This document shows, piece by piece, positions 52,383 to 61,184 of a stretch of 64,000 nucleotides of DNA. Under the pieces are notes generated by a model. The model was given only the letters and a program-made list of their open reading frames with translations. It was not told the origin of the DNA and searched no databases. The position numbers and the translations under genes are program-made. Positions within the stretch are counted from its first letter, which is position 1. Each line of letters starts with the position of its first letter. The stretch spans positions 441,417 to 505,416 of the forward strand of contig JBAZVD010000001.1 of assembly GCA_041661065.1 (NCBI GenBank), in the 5' to 3' direction. This DNA comes from Candidatus Peribacteraceae bacterium (lineage in GTDB: Bacteria; Patescibacteriota; Gracilibacteria; Peribacterales; Peribacteraceae).

Positions 52383-52566
52383 TCTCTTCTCTTCCTATCC
52401 CTACCGTAACACAATGAATTGCGACGCGTAAGTACAACTCCCTTGATGAATCTTCTTTCTGTTTCGTGAATAAAATGGAGAGGAAGAACGACAAATTATG
52501 CGTTCACACACGAATATTCCCGAGTGACCTGTTCATGGCGCAGAAGCCGCAGTATCCTGGCTCACA

Positions 52567-52647
52567 CGGGGCGTAGCTCCCGTCTTCGCTCCTCACTTCG
52601 TTCGGAGCTTCGCCGTGGCAGGCAGTTGGCTGTTCATTCGAACTCTG
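52567..52647 (+). pseudogene. Decayed, fragmentary tRNA-Pro-like sequence just upstream of the intact tRNA-Pro
   Basis: It shares the ordered words cggggcgtagctc (52567-52579), cagttggct (52623-52631) and ttcgaactctg (52637-52647) with the tRNA at 52668-52744. Confidence 0.3.
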
Positions 52648-52667
52648 TCACAGTATTGACCTCATGT

Positions 52668-52744
52668 CGGGGCGTAGCTCAGTTGGCTAGAGTGCCTGCT
52701 TTGGGAGCAGGAGGTCGCCAGTTCGAGTCTGGCCGCCCCGACCA
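52668..52744 (+). tRNA. tRNA-Pro (anticodon UGG), CCA encoded
   Basis: CGGGGCGTAGCTCAGTTGGCTAGAGTGCCTGCTTTGGGAGCAGGAGGTCGCCAGTTCGAGTCTGGCCGCCCCGACCA folds into a clean cloverleaf. Confidence 0.9.
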
Positions 52745-52871
52745 TTGGGAGTAATCACCGTGGGGGCGCGTACTGCTGTGCTTTTACCCATTGCACATAT
52801 CAACCTATACAAAGAAAAGGCTACCCATCGAGGAGCAGCCTTTGGGTGAGATTTGCTCTCACCCGCGCCGA

Positions 52872-53060
52872 TCACAGCGAGGCGGTGTGAAGGACAGTGG
52901 CTGTCCCGCACACCACCACAGCAACCCCGCCCAGGATCACCGACGCTAGCAAAAGCTTCGTGTGCGTATTGGCAGGATCCAACGCACTACGCAAATTGAA
53001 GCCGAGCAGGAATGCGTTGACGACGGTGAGGGCTAAGCTCACCCAAATGATCGAATCCAT
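52872..53060 (-). CDS. Small two-TM membrane protein
   Basis: 62 aa with a strong Shine-Dalgarno sequence (aaaggaggtgttccATG on the coding strand). Confidence 0.55.
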   Translation of the reverse strand: MDSIIWVSLALTVVNAFLLGFNLRSALDPANTHTKLLLASVILGGVAVVVCGTATVLHTASL

Positions 53061-53173
53061 GGAACACCTCCTTTAAAGGAACAGTTGATCGACAATGACA
53101 ATGATACAATAGTATGGTCTAGAAATTATAGTATTTCATTTAAACAGGTGTACGACTGTACATCATCCATCTT

Positions 53174-55321
53174 ATGGAGCACAATCCTCAACGAATGTTC
53201 TGCACCGTCGTCACTTCTTCGCGGTCATCGGGCATCGGCAACGGCCTCACGTATGAATCGCAGGGCAAAGAGGTACTGGGCTCCGCCGTGCGCGTCCCCC
53301 TCCGCAACAAGATGGTGGAAGGGATCATTGTGGAGGTGAAGAAAGAACAGGAACAGAAGGAATACGATATGCGGAAGATAGAGGAGATTTTGGACGTAAA
53401 TCCACTCCTCACGGAAGCGCAGATCAAGACGGCGCAGTGGATGGCGCAGTACTACATCACAACACTCCGGCAAGCGCTGAGCGTGTGGATCCCTCCTCCC
53501 CCCTGGTCTCGCGTGCTCCCCAAGGAACTCATCGGGTATAAGCCCGGTTCCGTCCCCTTGGATGTGCTCCGTGGCAAGCGTCAAATGGTCATCGCCGAAT
53601 ATGTGATGGGGAAGGACTGGGTGTCCCAGGAAGAGCTGCGACGTGCAGTGGGAGCCGCCCCCGAGATGCTCCGTCAACTAAAGAAGAAAGGCGTGATCAT
53701 CGAGGAACGCAGGAGGGAAGCGCCAGCCGAGCCACATCCCGCTCCCATCAACGAGATGCCTTCCCTCACGCCGGCGCAGGAAGCCGCCGTGGAATTCATA
53801 CAGAAGGATGACCGCCCCGCACTCCTCTTCGGCGTCACGGGCAGCGGGAAGACGGAGATTTACGCGCAGTTGATAGCACAAGCGATTCGCGACGGAAAAC
53901 AGGCCATTCTCTTGGTGCCGGAAATCCTCCTCACGGAGCACTCCATCGCTCGGTTCGAACGCCTGCTCAAGCGGGAAGCGATTTCCGTCATCCACAGCAA
54001 GCTGACACAGAAAGCGCGCAGGGATGAGTGGAAACGCATACGGAGCGGCGCCGTTTCTTTGGTCATCGGTTCGCGGAGCGCGCTCTTCGCCCCCGTGCGG
54101 AAGCCGGGGTGCATCATCCTGGATGAGGAGCATGAATGGACATACAAGAACGAGCAGACGCCGCGTTACCACGCGCGTGATACGGCGGAAGTCTTGGCAA
54201 GGAACAACGGTGCGAAGCTTGTACTGGGTTCCGCGACACCCTCGTTGGAATCCTGGGCAAGGGCGAAGAACGGCGCGTACAACCTCGTGCGACTTCCACT
54301 GCGGTTCCAGGACCAACCCATGCCCACGGTGCGTGTTGTCGATTTGGCGGACGTGAAGTTCGGAAAGCTGTATCCCTTCACTCCCCCTCTCATCGAAGCC
54401 ATCGGCGAAAGGCTCAAGCGCGGCGAGCAGAGCGTCCTCTTCCTCAACAGGCGCGGCATCGCCAGTGCACTGCTCTGCCTCAAATGCAGACGGCGCGTGG
54501 TGTGCGCGGAATCACAGCTCCCCTTCACCGTCCACAACACGTCGCACGGAAGGCCGTACCTCATGGACCACTCCACGGGCATCATTGCGGAAGTGCCGGC
54601 CGTATGCCCGCACTGCGCGAGCACGGAACTCAAGGCCGTAGGTGCGGGGACACAGAGGATAGAAGCAATCCTGCAGTCACTGTTCCCTCAGGCGCGTCTC
54701 ATCCGTGCCGACAGGGATACCATGCAGGACCCCGTGGAAATGCGCGCCATACTGAGCGCGATGCGCGAAAGAAAGGCGGATATCCTTCTGGGAACGCAAG
54801 CAGTGGTCAAGGGGCTCGACCTGCCGGGCGTGACGCTTGCGGCTGTCCTGCTGGCCGATCTCGGGCTTTCGCTGCCGCACTTCCGCGCCGGCGAACGCGT
54901 ATTCCAACTCCTCACGCAGCTCACGGGAAGGAGCGGAAGGGCGCTTCCCGGCGAAGTGATCATCCAAACGTTCCGTCCCGATTCACCCGAAGTGCTTGCT
55001 GCATCAAAGCACGAGACGGAGAAGTACCTCAATGACGAGCTCAAGCTGCGTATCTACGGTGAATATCCCCCCGCGGCGGACATGATCCGTTTTCTCGTGA
55101 GAACGAACGGTGCGGAACGACGCGCAAAGAGGCTCTTCGCGGAGGTGCAGAAAGCGATCGCCGAGGAGCGCTGTGAGGCGAAAGTGTACGTTTCACCCAC
55201 GTTCTTCGGCGGTAACAGGGAATGGCATGTCCTCGTACGCGGCTCCTCCCTGCGACCTCTCCTGCGCCATGTGGACCTCACGGACGTGTCTGTTGACGTG
55301 GATCCGATGGAGACGCTGTAG
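53174..55321 (+). CDS. priA: Primosomal protein N' (replication restart helicase PriA)
   Basis: 'LFGVTGSGKTEIY', 'IILDEEHEWTYK', Cys-rich insert 'CLKCRRRVVC...CPHCAS', and 'GTQAVVKGLDLPGVT'. Confidence 0.92.
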   Translation: MEHNPQRMFCTVVTSSRSSGIGNGLTYESQGKEVLGSAVRVPLRNKMVEGIIVEVKKEQEQKEYDMRKIEEILDVNPLLTEAQIKTAQWMAQYYITTLRQALSVWIPPPPWSRVLPKELIGYKPGSVPLDVLRGKRQMVIAEYVMGKDWVSQEELRRAVGAAPEMLRQLKKKGVIIEERRREAPAEPHPAPINEMPSLTPAQEAAVEFIQKDDRPALLFGVTGSGKTEIYAQLIAQAIRDGKQAILLVPEILLTEHSIARFERLLKREAISVIHSKLTQKARRDEWKRIRSGAVSLVIGSRSALFAPVRKPGCIILDEEHEWTYKNEQTPRYHARDTAEVLARNNGAKLVLGSATPSLESWARAKNGAYNLVRLPLRFQDQPMPTVRVVDLADVKFGKLYPFTPPLIEAIGERLKRGEQSVLFLNRRGIASALLCLKCRRRVVCAESQLPFTVHNTSHGRPYLMDHSTGIIAEVPAVCPHCASTELKAVGAGTQRIEAILQSLFPQARLIRADRDTMQDPVEMRAILSAMRERKADILLGTQAVVKGLDLPGVTLAAVLLADLGLSLPHFRAGERVFQLLTQLTGRSGRALPGEVIIQTFRPDSPEVLAASKHETEKYLNDELKLRIYGEYPPAADMIRFLVRTNGAERRAKRLFAEVQKAIAEERCEAKVYVSPTFFGGNREWHVLVRGSSLRPLLRHVDLTDVSVDVDPMETL

Positions 55322-55700
55322 AGCCGGACACAGCGAGTGCGCAAACAACCGCTTCACGGATGGACCGCAGCATTTCTTCCTGTTCATCCAATGGGGGGGC
55401 ATCCCTTCCCAGTCTATGGATACAATCTTCCGAAAAGAAATAACAACGATCGAATAGTATCTTCCCGCCGCCGATGATGGCATTGCTGAGCGCTTCCACC
55501 GCCGGTGCGTCCACGGGATGACGCAAGGCCAAGCCGAGGTGACACCTCACTGCTTCGATGAGTTGTCCATGACGGGTGGTGTTCTGCGCCAGGAGGGTGC
55601 AGAGCTCTTCATGTGCTCGAAATGTCAGGAACTTCAGCAGCACACCTCTCTCATAATCGGCCCGTATGTCTTCCCGGGGATCGAAGAATTCGATTCTCAT
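55278..55700 (-). CDS. Hypothetical protein
   Basis: Start assumed at 'MRIEFFDPRED' just downstream of the trmH-like stop. Its 3' end overlaps the convergent priA by 44 nt. No motif. Confidence 0.4.
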   Translation of the reverse strand: MRIEFFDPREDIRADYERGVLLKFLTFRAHEELCTLLAQNTTRHGQLIEAVRCHLGLALRHPVDAPAVEALSNAIIGGGKILFDRCYFFSEDCIHRLGRDAPPLDEQEEMLRSIREAVVCALAVSGSTASPSDPRQQTRP

Positions 55701-55720
55701 TCCGGCAGTATCCCCAGCCG

Positions 55721-56176
55721 TTACCGTATTGTAAAGAGGGCTATACCCGCTGCCACTGCAACATTCAGCGATTCCTTCTTCCCCAGCATCGGTATCTTCG
55801 TCACTTGGTCGCACAGCGTAAGGATCTCCGGCGGTACACCCGTGAGTTCATGCCCCACGATAAGGCACACGTTCTGCGGCGCTTTCAACTCCCCCAGGTC
55901 AACGGCATCCGGGGTAATCTCCAACGCGAGGAGATGCCACCCTTCCGCTTGCAAGCCTTTGAGGATAGGAATGGGGTCTTTCGCGGATTCCCACGGAACG
56001 AACTCCTCCGCACCCAAGGCGGTCTTCGTGATTTCCTTCCGCGGAGGCGTTCCCGTGTAACCGGTAAGGTAGATCTTTTCCACGCCGAAAGCATCGCACG
56101 TGCGGAAGAAGGAACCGACGTTCCAGAGGGAACGGACGTTGTACGCCAGCAGTCTGATGCGACGGCCCATGTTCAA
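55721..56176 (-). CDS. SpoU/TrmH-family RNA 2'-O-methyltransferase
   Basis: 'NVGSFFRTCDAFGVEKIYL', 'LIVGHELTGVP' and 'IPMLGKKESLNVAVAAGIALF'. It has a 4-nt start/stop overlap with purQ. Confidence 0.85.
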   Translation of the reverse strand: MNMGRRIRLLAYNVRSLWNVGSFFRTCDAFGVEKIYLTGYTGTPPRKEITKTALGAEEFVPWESAKDPIPILKGLQAEGWHLLALEITPDAVDLGELKAPQNVCLIVGHELTGVPPEILTLCDQVTKIPMLGKKESLNVAVAAGIALFTIR

Positions 56177-57432
56177 GCGAGGAGCATCAGCTCGCCGGCG
56201 TGCGGATTGCAGAACACTTCAAGGAGCTTCCGTGACGTGAGATCGTGCTCTCCCACGCCCTCGAGTCCGTAACAGACGCCGCTCATGCCGTTCTTGCCAA
56301 GGCCGCCTGCGCCCGTATCCGGCCTGTCGCGACGTAAGAGAAGCGAACCTGTCAGCACGTGACTCCTGACGTCATCGGTGAGCCGTTCTTCCCCCTTCGC
56401 CGCGTTGTTCCACCTGTAGAGGACGCCGCCCCGGCGTACGAACGCACGTTCCTTGTTCGGATTGTAGACGGAGAGGTCGGAGAGGATGTCCTGCGGTTTT
56501 ACATCATGGCCGCGGAAGTACTTCCACTGTTTGAGACGCAGGTGCGGAGCGAACTTCTTCGCCGTCTGCTCCACCGTCCTCTCTTCGTTGTTCACAATGA
56601 CGGTATCAATGAAGATTTCCACGCCGCCGGGTACCTGCGTTAGAAGTTCCATCTTTGCGTCTGCAGACGAAGCGTGATGCACGCGGCTCAGGGGACCCCT
56701 TTTCGCCTCGATCCACATGCGCATGGAATCGAAGTATGGCTTGCCGTTGGGCGTCCTCTCCGGATGCGGCATAAGCGCGATGACGTTGCCAGCAGGGTTG
56801 CATATGCCCGCCGCGCCGAACTGTGATCCGTTGGGAGTGATGGCGACTTCTTCCGAAGAATGGCCTTGCGCGTCGCAGTAGGAAAACGCCAACTGGTTGT
56901 TCTTCTTCAGTTCCGCCATCACGTCTTTGTCCGCGGTGACGAAGCGCCCTTCAGCGTGCGCGATAGGGAGGTGCATGGCGCCTCCCCAACCGCTCGTCGC
57001 GCAGCGGTCCTTTGCGCAGGTCGGCGTCATCCACACCCATTCGCTCAAGAATCCGGGTGACGTGAATCCCCCATCCGCCTTGACGGCGTTGCGTGCAAGG
57101 CTCATGCGCAGACCGTTGTCCAAGGGCACCATGCCGCTCTCCACGAGCACTTGCGCACCGTTGCAGTTGCCGATCACCACTTTGCCCTCTTCCGCCTCCC
57201 GACCGATGAAGTCCATGAGCGGGTCCCGCGCCGCCACCATGCCGGAACGGCCGCGGTCCTCGTAGGAAAAGCCTCCCACAAGGAAGTACCCGTCCGCATC
57301 CCTTAGCTTCGCGCGGTCATCGTTCCAACGGAAGTACAGCGGCTCCATGTCGCTCTGCGCAATGGCGCGCAGTGATTCGTATTCGCAGTTATTGCCAGGA
57401 AAGGAAACGACGGCGATGCGTGGCTTCTTCAT
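56173..57432 (-). CDS. purQ: Phosphoribosylformylglycinamidine synthase glutaminase subunit (PurQ) with a roughly 180-aa C-terminal extension
   Basis: 'KPRIAVVSFPGNNCEYE', 'LVGGFSYED', nucleophile 'GNCNGAQVL' and 'MPHPER'. The extension may be PurS-like ('VYNPNKE', 'FCNPHAGEL'). Confidence 0.82.
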   Translation of the reverse strand: MKKPRIAVVSFPGNNCEYESLRAIAQSDMEPLYFRWNDDRAKLRDADGYFLVGGFSYEDRGRSGMVAARDPLMDFIGREAEEGKVVIGNCNGAQVLVESGMVPLDNGLRMSLARNAVKADGGFTSPGFLSEWVWMTPTCAKDRCATSGWGGAMHLPIAHAEGRFVTADKDVMAELKKNNQLAFSYCDAQGHSSEEVAITPNGSQFGAAGICNPAGNVIALMPHPERTPNGKPYFDSMRMWIEAKRGPLSRVHHASSADAKMELLTQVPGGVEIFIDTVIVNNEERTVEQTAKKFAPHLRLKQWKYFRGHDVKPQDILSDLSVYNPNKERAFVRRGGVLYRWNNAAKGEERLTDDVRSHVLTGSLLLRRDRPDTGAGGLGKNGMSGVCYGLEGVGEHDLTSRKLLEVFCNPHAGELMLLA

Positions 57433-57499
57433 GGTGGCATTATAACATAGGAGTATTTGAACGGTTGTTTATCCCATTTTCAAGAAGAGCCCGAGGATT

Positions 57500-57569
57500 C
57501 CGAAGATTCCGAGGAATGTCAGGAATAGGCACCAGTCTTCCAGATGCAGACGCTCCTCGGAATCTTCGG
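57500..57569. repeat. Low-complexity hairpin between frr and purQ
   Basis: ccgaagattccgagga (57500-57515) pairs perfectly with tcctcggaatcttcgg (57554-57569). Confidence 0.5.
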
Positions 57570-57579
57570 CAACCTCCTG

Positions 57580-58122
57580 TCATATCTTCATAAGCTCATC
57601 CTCCTTCTTCTTCGCCGCATCCGCGATCTTTGCATTGGCATCGTCAACGGCGTGCTGGAGAGCTTCGAGCTGTGTTTCCTTCACATCCTCATCCTTCTCC
57701 GTCTTGAGGAGGTCGTGGACCGCCTGCCGGTGCTTCCGAAGAACGATACGCGCATCTTCCGCAAGCGTGTTGACGATCTTCTTCAAGTTGGTGCGTCGCT
57801 CCTCCGTCATGGGGGGGAGGGTGAGGCGGATGACCACGCCGTCGTTGACGGGTGAGGAGCCAGTATCCACCTGCCGCAGCGCCTTCTCCACGCTCGCGAG
57901 GACCGAACGGTCCCACGGCTGTATCATGATGGTGCGCGCATCCTGGACGGTGATTCCGGCCACCGACTTGAGAGGCTGTTTGACACCGTATGCATCCACT
58001 TCCACGTGTTCCACAAGGGCGGCGTTCGCGCGTCCGGTCTGCAACTTGGAAAACTCCATCTTGAGGTGCTGCAAAACCTTGTCCGCTTCGGCATGGAAAG
58101 ATGCTATGCGTTGATCAGCCAT
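57580..58122 (-). CDS. frr: Ribosome recycling factor
   Basis: 'LQTGRANAALVEHVEVDAYG', 'ITVQDARTIMIQPWD', 'LTLPPMTEERR'. Confidence 0.93.
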   Translation of the reverse strand: MADQRIASFHAEADKVLQHLKMEFSKLQTGRANAALVEHVEVDAYGVKQPLKSVAGITVQDARTIMIQPWDRSVLASVEKALRQVDTGSSPVNDGVVIRLTLPPMTEERRTNLKKIVNTLAEDARIVLRKHRQAVHDLLKTEKDEDVKETQLEALQHAVDDANAKIADAAKKKEDELMKI

Positions 58123-58146
58123 GGAAGATGGGGGAAGGAAGGAGAA

Positions 58147-58854
58147 TCACGCGTGGACGATGGTGCCGATCTTCTCACCCTTGGCGGCCTTGAGCAAGGA
58201 ACCCCTCTTGAGGAAGTTGAAGACGACGATGGGCAGCTTCTGCTCCTGGCACAGGCTGAAGGCAGCCTGGTCCATCACGCCCAAGCGCTTCTCGATCACT
58301 TCCCGGTACGACACCTCCTCAAACAATTTGGCCTTGGGGTTCTTGCGCGGGTCATCGTCGTACACGCCGTCCACGTTCGTCGCCTTGAGGAGGACGTCGC
58401 AGGTGAGTTCGGAGGCGCGCAGCGCGGCTGCGGAATCTGTTGTGAAGTAGGGGTTGCCTGTTCCCCCCGCGCAGATAACGATCCTCCCCTTCTCCAGGTG
58501 TCTCAGGGCGCGTCGGCGGATGAAAGGTTCCGCCATTTGTGGAACGTCTATGGCGGAGAGGACGCGTGTTTCCGCACCGAGGGCCTCGAGAGCGGCTTGA
58601 AGCGCGACGCTGTTCATGATGGTCGCCAGCATGCCCATGGCGTCGCTCGCCGTCCGTTCAATCGCCGTTTCCTTGGTGTCCCGGAACCGCCAGATGTTCC
58701 CCCCTCCTACGACGATCACGGTCTGCACCTTCAATGTCGCCACTGCAACGATCTGAGCGGCTATGTCGTCGAGAGTGGGTTTGTGGATACCGAAATCACG
58801 TTCGCCGGAGAAGACTTCCCCGGAGAGCTTGAGCATGATGCGCTTGTAGGTCAT
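58147..58854 (-). CDS. pyrH: UMP kinase
   Basis: 'YKRIMLKLSGEVF', 'VVGGGNIWR', 'ICAGGTGNPYFTTDSAAALRA', 'ATNVDGVYD'. The ORF opens at 58890. Confidence 0.92.
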   Translation of the reverse strand: MTYKRIMLKLSGEVFSGERDFGIHKPTLDDIAAQIVAVATLKVQTVIVVGGGNIWRFRDTKETAIERTASDAMGMLATIMNSVALQAALEALGAETRVLSAIDVPQMAEPFIRRRALRHLEKGRIVICAGGTGNPYFTTDSAAALRASELTCDVLLKATNVDGVYDDDPRKNPKAKLFEEVSYREVIEKRLGVMDQAAFSLCQEQKLPIVVFNFLKRGSLLKAAKGEKIGTIVHA

Positions 58855-58920
58855 CCCCCACAGGATAGAGATTCCACGGACGTACGCCAAGGGGTGTTCG
58901 TGGCTTCCGAAACCTCCCGC

Positions 58921-59418
58921 CTACGCGGGATAGCGCCGGTTCCCGTCCCCATGATCATCGTCCCCGGGGGGACCTTTCTCCTGCGGCCCCGGGCTCTTTG
59001 CGGCCCGTACGGCGGAAGAAACGGACTCCACAGTCTGTTTCCATGCGTCTCGAACGGTCATCTCACCGCGCGATAGAGGACCGACGATGGGGACGTCTCT
59101 CCATTGTCCCTGTGCGGCGTGCAGGAAGCCCAGGACCATGCCCGCGAAGAGGATGAGTTCTATGACCGGACCGATGACGGGGACGAACCATGCGGCCACT
59201 GCAAGGCCGAAGAGGATCATCGCTTGTTTGCTATGGTAACGGATGAAGGCCGAATCCTTCGCTTTGAGGAGGTAGACGACCACGGACATGATGTAGATGT
59301 AACTGAAGGCGGCGAGGTCCTTGTTCATCTCCACATCCTGCGCAACGCGGGGAATGTGCAGTGTTTCGGGGGTATAGCCGTCTTCCTCCTCCATGGGGCG
59401 TCGTTCAGTCATGGACAT
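58921..59418 (-). CDS. Membrane protein, DUF4870-like
   Basis: 'LAAFSYIYIMSVVVYLLKAKDSAFIRYHSKQAMILF' plus further TM helices. Confidence 0.55.
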   Translation of the reverse strand: MSMTERRPMEEEDGYTPETLHIPRVAQDVEMNKDLAAFSYIYIMSVVVYLLKAKDSAFIRYHSKQAMILFGLAVAAWFVPVIGPVIELILFAGMVLGFLHAAQGQWRDVPIVGPLSRGEMTVRDAWKQTVESVSSAVRAAKSPGPQEKGPPGDDDHGDGNRRYPA

Positions 59419-59501
59419 ACCATAGCAAATAGATGTGTCCGTGCAGAGGATTGTCCGGAAATACGGATGTAAGTATGAGGTGTACGGTTGCCTCGAAATG
59501 A

Positions 59502-59578
59502 TGGTACCCCGGACAGGAATCGAACCTGTGACCCGCAGCTTAGAAGGCTGCTGCTCTATCCAACTGAGCTACCGGGGC
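59502..59578 (-). tRNA. tRNA-Arg (anticodon UCU), CCA encoded
   Basis: The reverse complement reads GCCCCGGTAGCTCAGTTGGATAGAGCAGCAGCCTTCTAAGCTGCGGGTCACAGGTTCGATTCCTGTCCGGGGTACCA. Confidence 0.88.
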
Positions 59579-59673
59579 ATTGCCACTATTTTACCACGGA
59601 TGCCCGAGATGATCCCATCCAATGCAAAAAGGGCAAGGCCGCCCTTGCCCTTCTGCGTTGATGGGGAAAGAAA

Positions 59674-60342
59674 TCACTTCGTCACTACGACCGATCCCGT
59701 CATGGTCGGATGGAAGGCGCAGTGGTACGCATATGATCCCGTAGCGGTAAAGGTGTAGGAGTACGTTTCACCTTTCGTCATCACGCCGCTCAGAGGCCCT
59801 TGCTGTCCCTGGTTTCGCGTGACGGTATGCGGGACATTGGATTCCTCATTATTTTTCCATGTCACCTGGGTACCGATCTTCACCGTCAAGCGCGCAGGCG
59901 TGTACGCGTGGTTCCTGAGCGACACGTTCATCACTTGCATGCCGGTCCCGGTGCTCACGCTGCTGCTCGAAGAACTGCTTGAAGAACTGCTGGAAGACGA
60001 GCTGCTCGAAAGGGAACTGCTCGAGGAGCTCGAAGACTGTGAGGAACTGACGCTGCTGGCGGAGGAGCTCATCATACTGCTGCTGGAACCGGATGAAGGC
60101 CACTGCCGGTCACGCCAAGCTTCATGATCTTCCTGGTACACTTCCCAAAAGCACCAACGGTACAATCGGAGTCGTCCCAACCCAGACCTACTTCCGCGGT
60201 CCTGGAAGCGCGTATTCGACTCGTTCATGCGTATGCAGGTGTCTATGCGGGTACCGAACGTCGGCGGCTGGGCGGCCATTACTCCTCCGACAGCCATCAG
60301 ACCTGCAATGGCACCGAGGAGAATCGTCATGCTCTTCTTCAT
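59674..60342 (-). CDS. Secreted plastocyanin/amicyanin-like type-1 copper protein with a long poly-Ser linker
   Basis: Signal 'MKKSMTILLGAIAGLMAVGGVMA', about 60 Ser-rich residues, and a cupredoxin 'VTWKNNEESNVPHTV...YAYHCAFHPTMTGSVVV' with H...C-x2-H-x2-M ligands. Start verified at 60342. Confidence 0.8.
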   Translation of the reverse strand: MKKSMTILLGAIAGLMAVGGVMAAQPPTFGTRIDTCIRMNESNTRFQDRGSRSGLGRLRLYRWCFWEVYQEDHEAWRDRQWPSSGSSSSMMSSSASSVSSSQSSSSSSSSLSSSSSSSSSSSSSSSSSVSTGTGMQVMNVSLRNHAYTPARLTVKIGTQVTWKNNEESNVPHTVTRNQGQQGPLSGVMTKGETYSYTFTATGSYAYHCAFHPTMTGSVVVTK

Positions 60343-60490
60343 AGTGAAAGGAGAAAGGAATGAATAAGCCTCCCTTGTAGACGTTCTGGTACAATGGTTC
60401 TTACTCGACAGCGGAAAGAGCCCGTATGGCCGTACGTCTCCCATGATGCTTCCCCTTTCCACACCTGTTATGCCAACACGTTCGACAGCA

Positions 60491-61069
60491 ATGGCAATAC
60501 CGTTTATGCTCTTCCTCGCCCTCGCCGGCGCCCTGTGGTGGGAGATGCCGTCCAAATCTCCCGTCTACGCGCAGACGAGCAACCTCCAGATCTGTTCTCA
60601 GAATGCGGTGATCGAACGCACAAACGGCTTCGTGGGTGCGTACAACAGGTACCATGAGGAGATGCAGCAAGCGTTCTTTAACCGACGCGATGCGGAAGTG
60701 CAGGCATGGAACAACCCGGACATCAAACAGCGCAACAAAGACCTAAAACGCGCCGCTTCCGATTTTACGCATGCGTACAACGGTATATCGTCACGTCTCA
60801 GTTCCACGAAGAGAGACGTATGGAACACCTACTATCGTGCAATGAATGACTGCAAATATGCCAATCGCTCGTCAAGGAGCAGCAGATGGTATTCCTCCAG
60901 CCGTTCATCCGTTACATCCTCTTCCTCCTCACGTGTGGGATGCTTCTGCACGCTCCAGTACGATCCCGTTTGCGGCTCGGACATAAAGACGTATGGAAAC
61001 TTCTGCCAAGCGCACTGTGCCGGAGTCACCATTTTGCATGAAGGGAAGTGCGGCGAGCAGGGATACTAA
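60491..61069 (+). CDS. Secreted protein with a C-terminal Kazal-type inhibitor domain
   Basis: Signal '[17 protein letters not shown]', a helical region, a Ser/Arg linker, and '[37 protein letters not shown]'. The ORF opens at 60443. Confidence 0.7.
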   Translation: MAIPFMLFLALAGALWWEMPSKSPVYAQTSNLQICSQNAVIERTNGFVGAYNRYHEEMQQAFFNRRDAEVQAWNNPDIKQRNKDLKRAASDFTHAYNGISSRLSSTKRDVWNTYYRAMNDCKYANRSSRSSRWYSSSRSSVTSSSSSRVGCFCTLQYDPVCGSDIKTYGNFCQAHCAGVTILHEGKCGEQGY

Positions 61070-61184
61070 ATGCCACCGAGGACGCCGTAAGGCGTGGTTG
61101 TTGCCCTCCACGGTCAATGCAGGGAATCCGTGTGCATGGACGGCGACGCTGCACTATACTGCTCGCCGCTTCCGTCCCACGCCC

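Noticed and set aside
52332-52400. A preQ1-I riboswitch upstream of yhhQ
   Set aside because: The expected short P1 stem followed by an A-rich tail (AAAAAACUA-type) is absent. Only a generic terminator-like hairpin can be supported.
55278-55814. The full 178-aa minus-strand ORF as one gene
   Set aside because: Its first 38 codons overlap the 3' end of the trmH-like gene in another frame. The internal start at 55700 gives a tidy tandem arrangement. Even this shortened ORF remains low-confidence.
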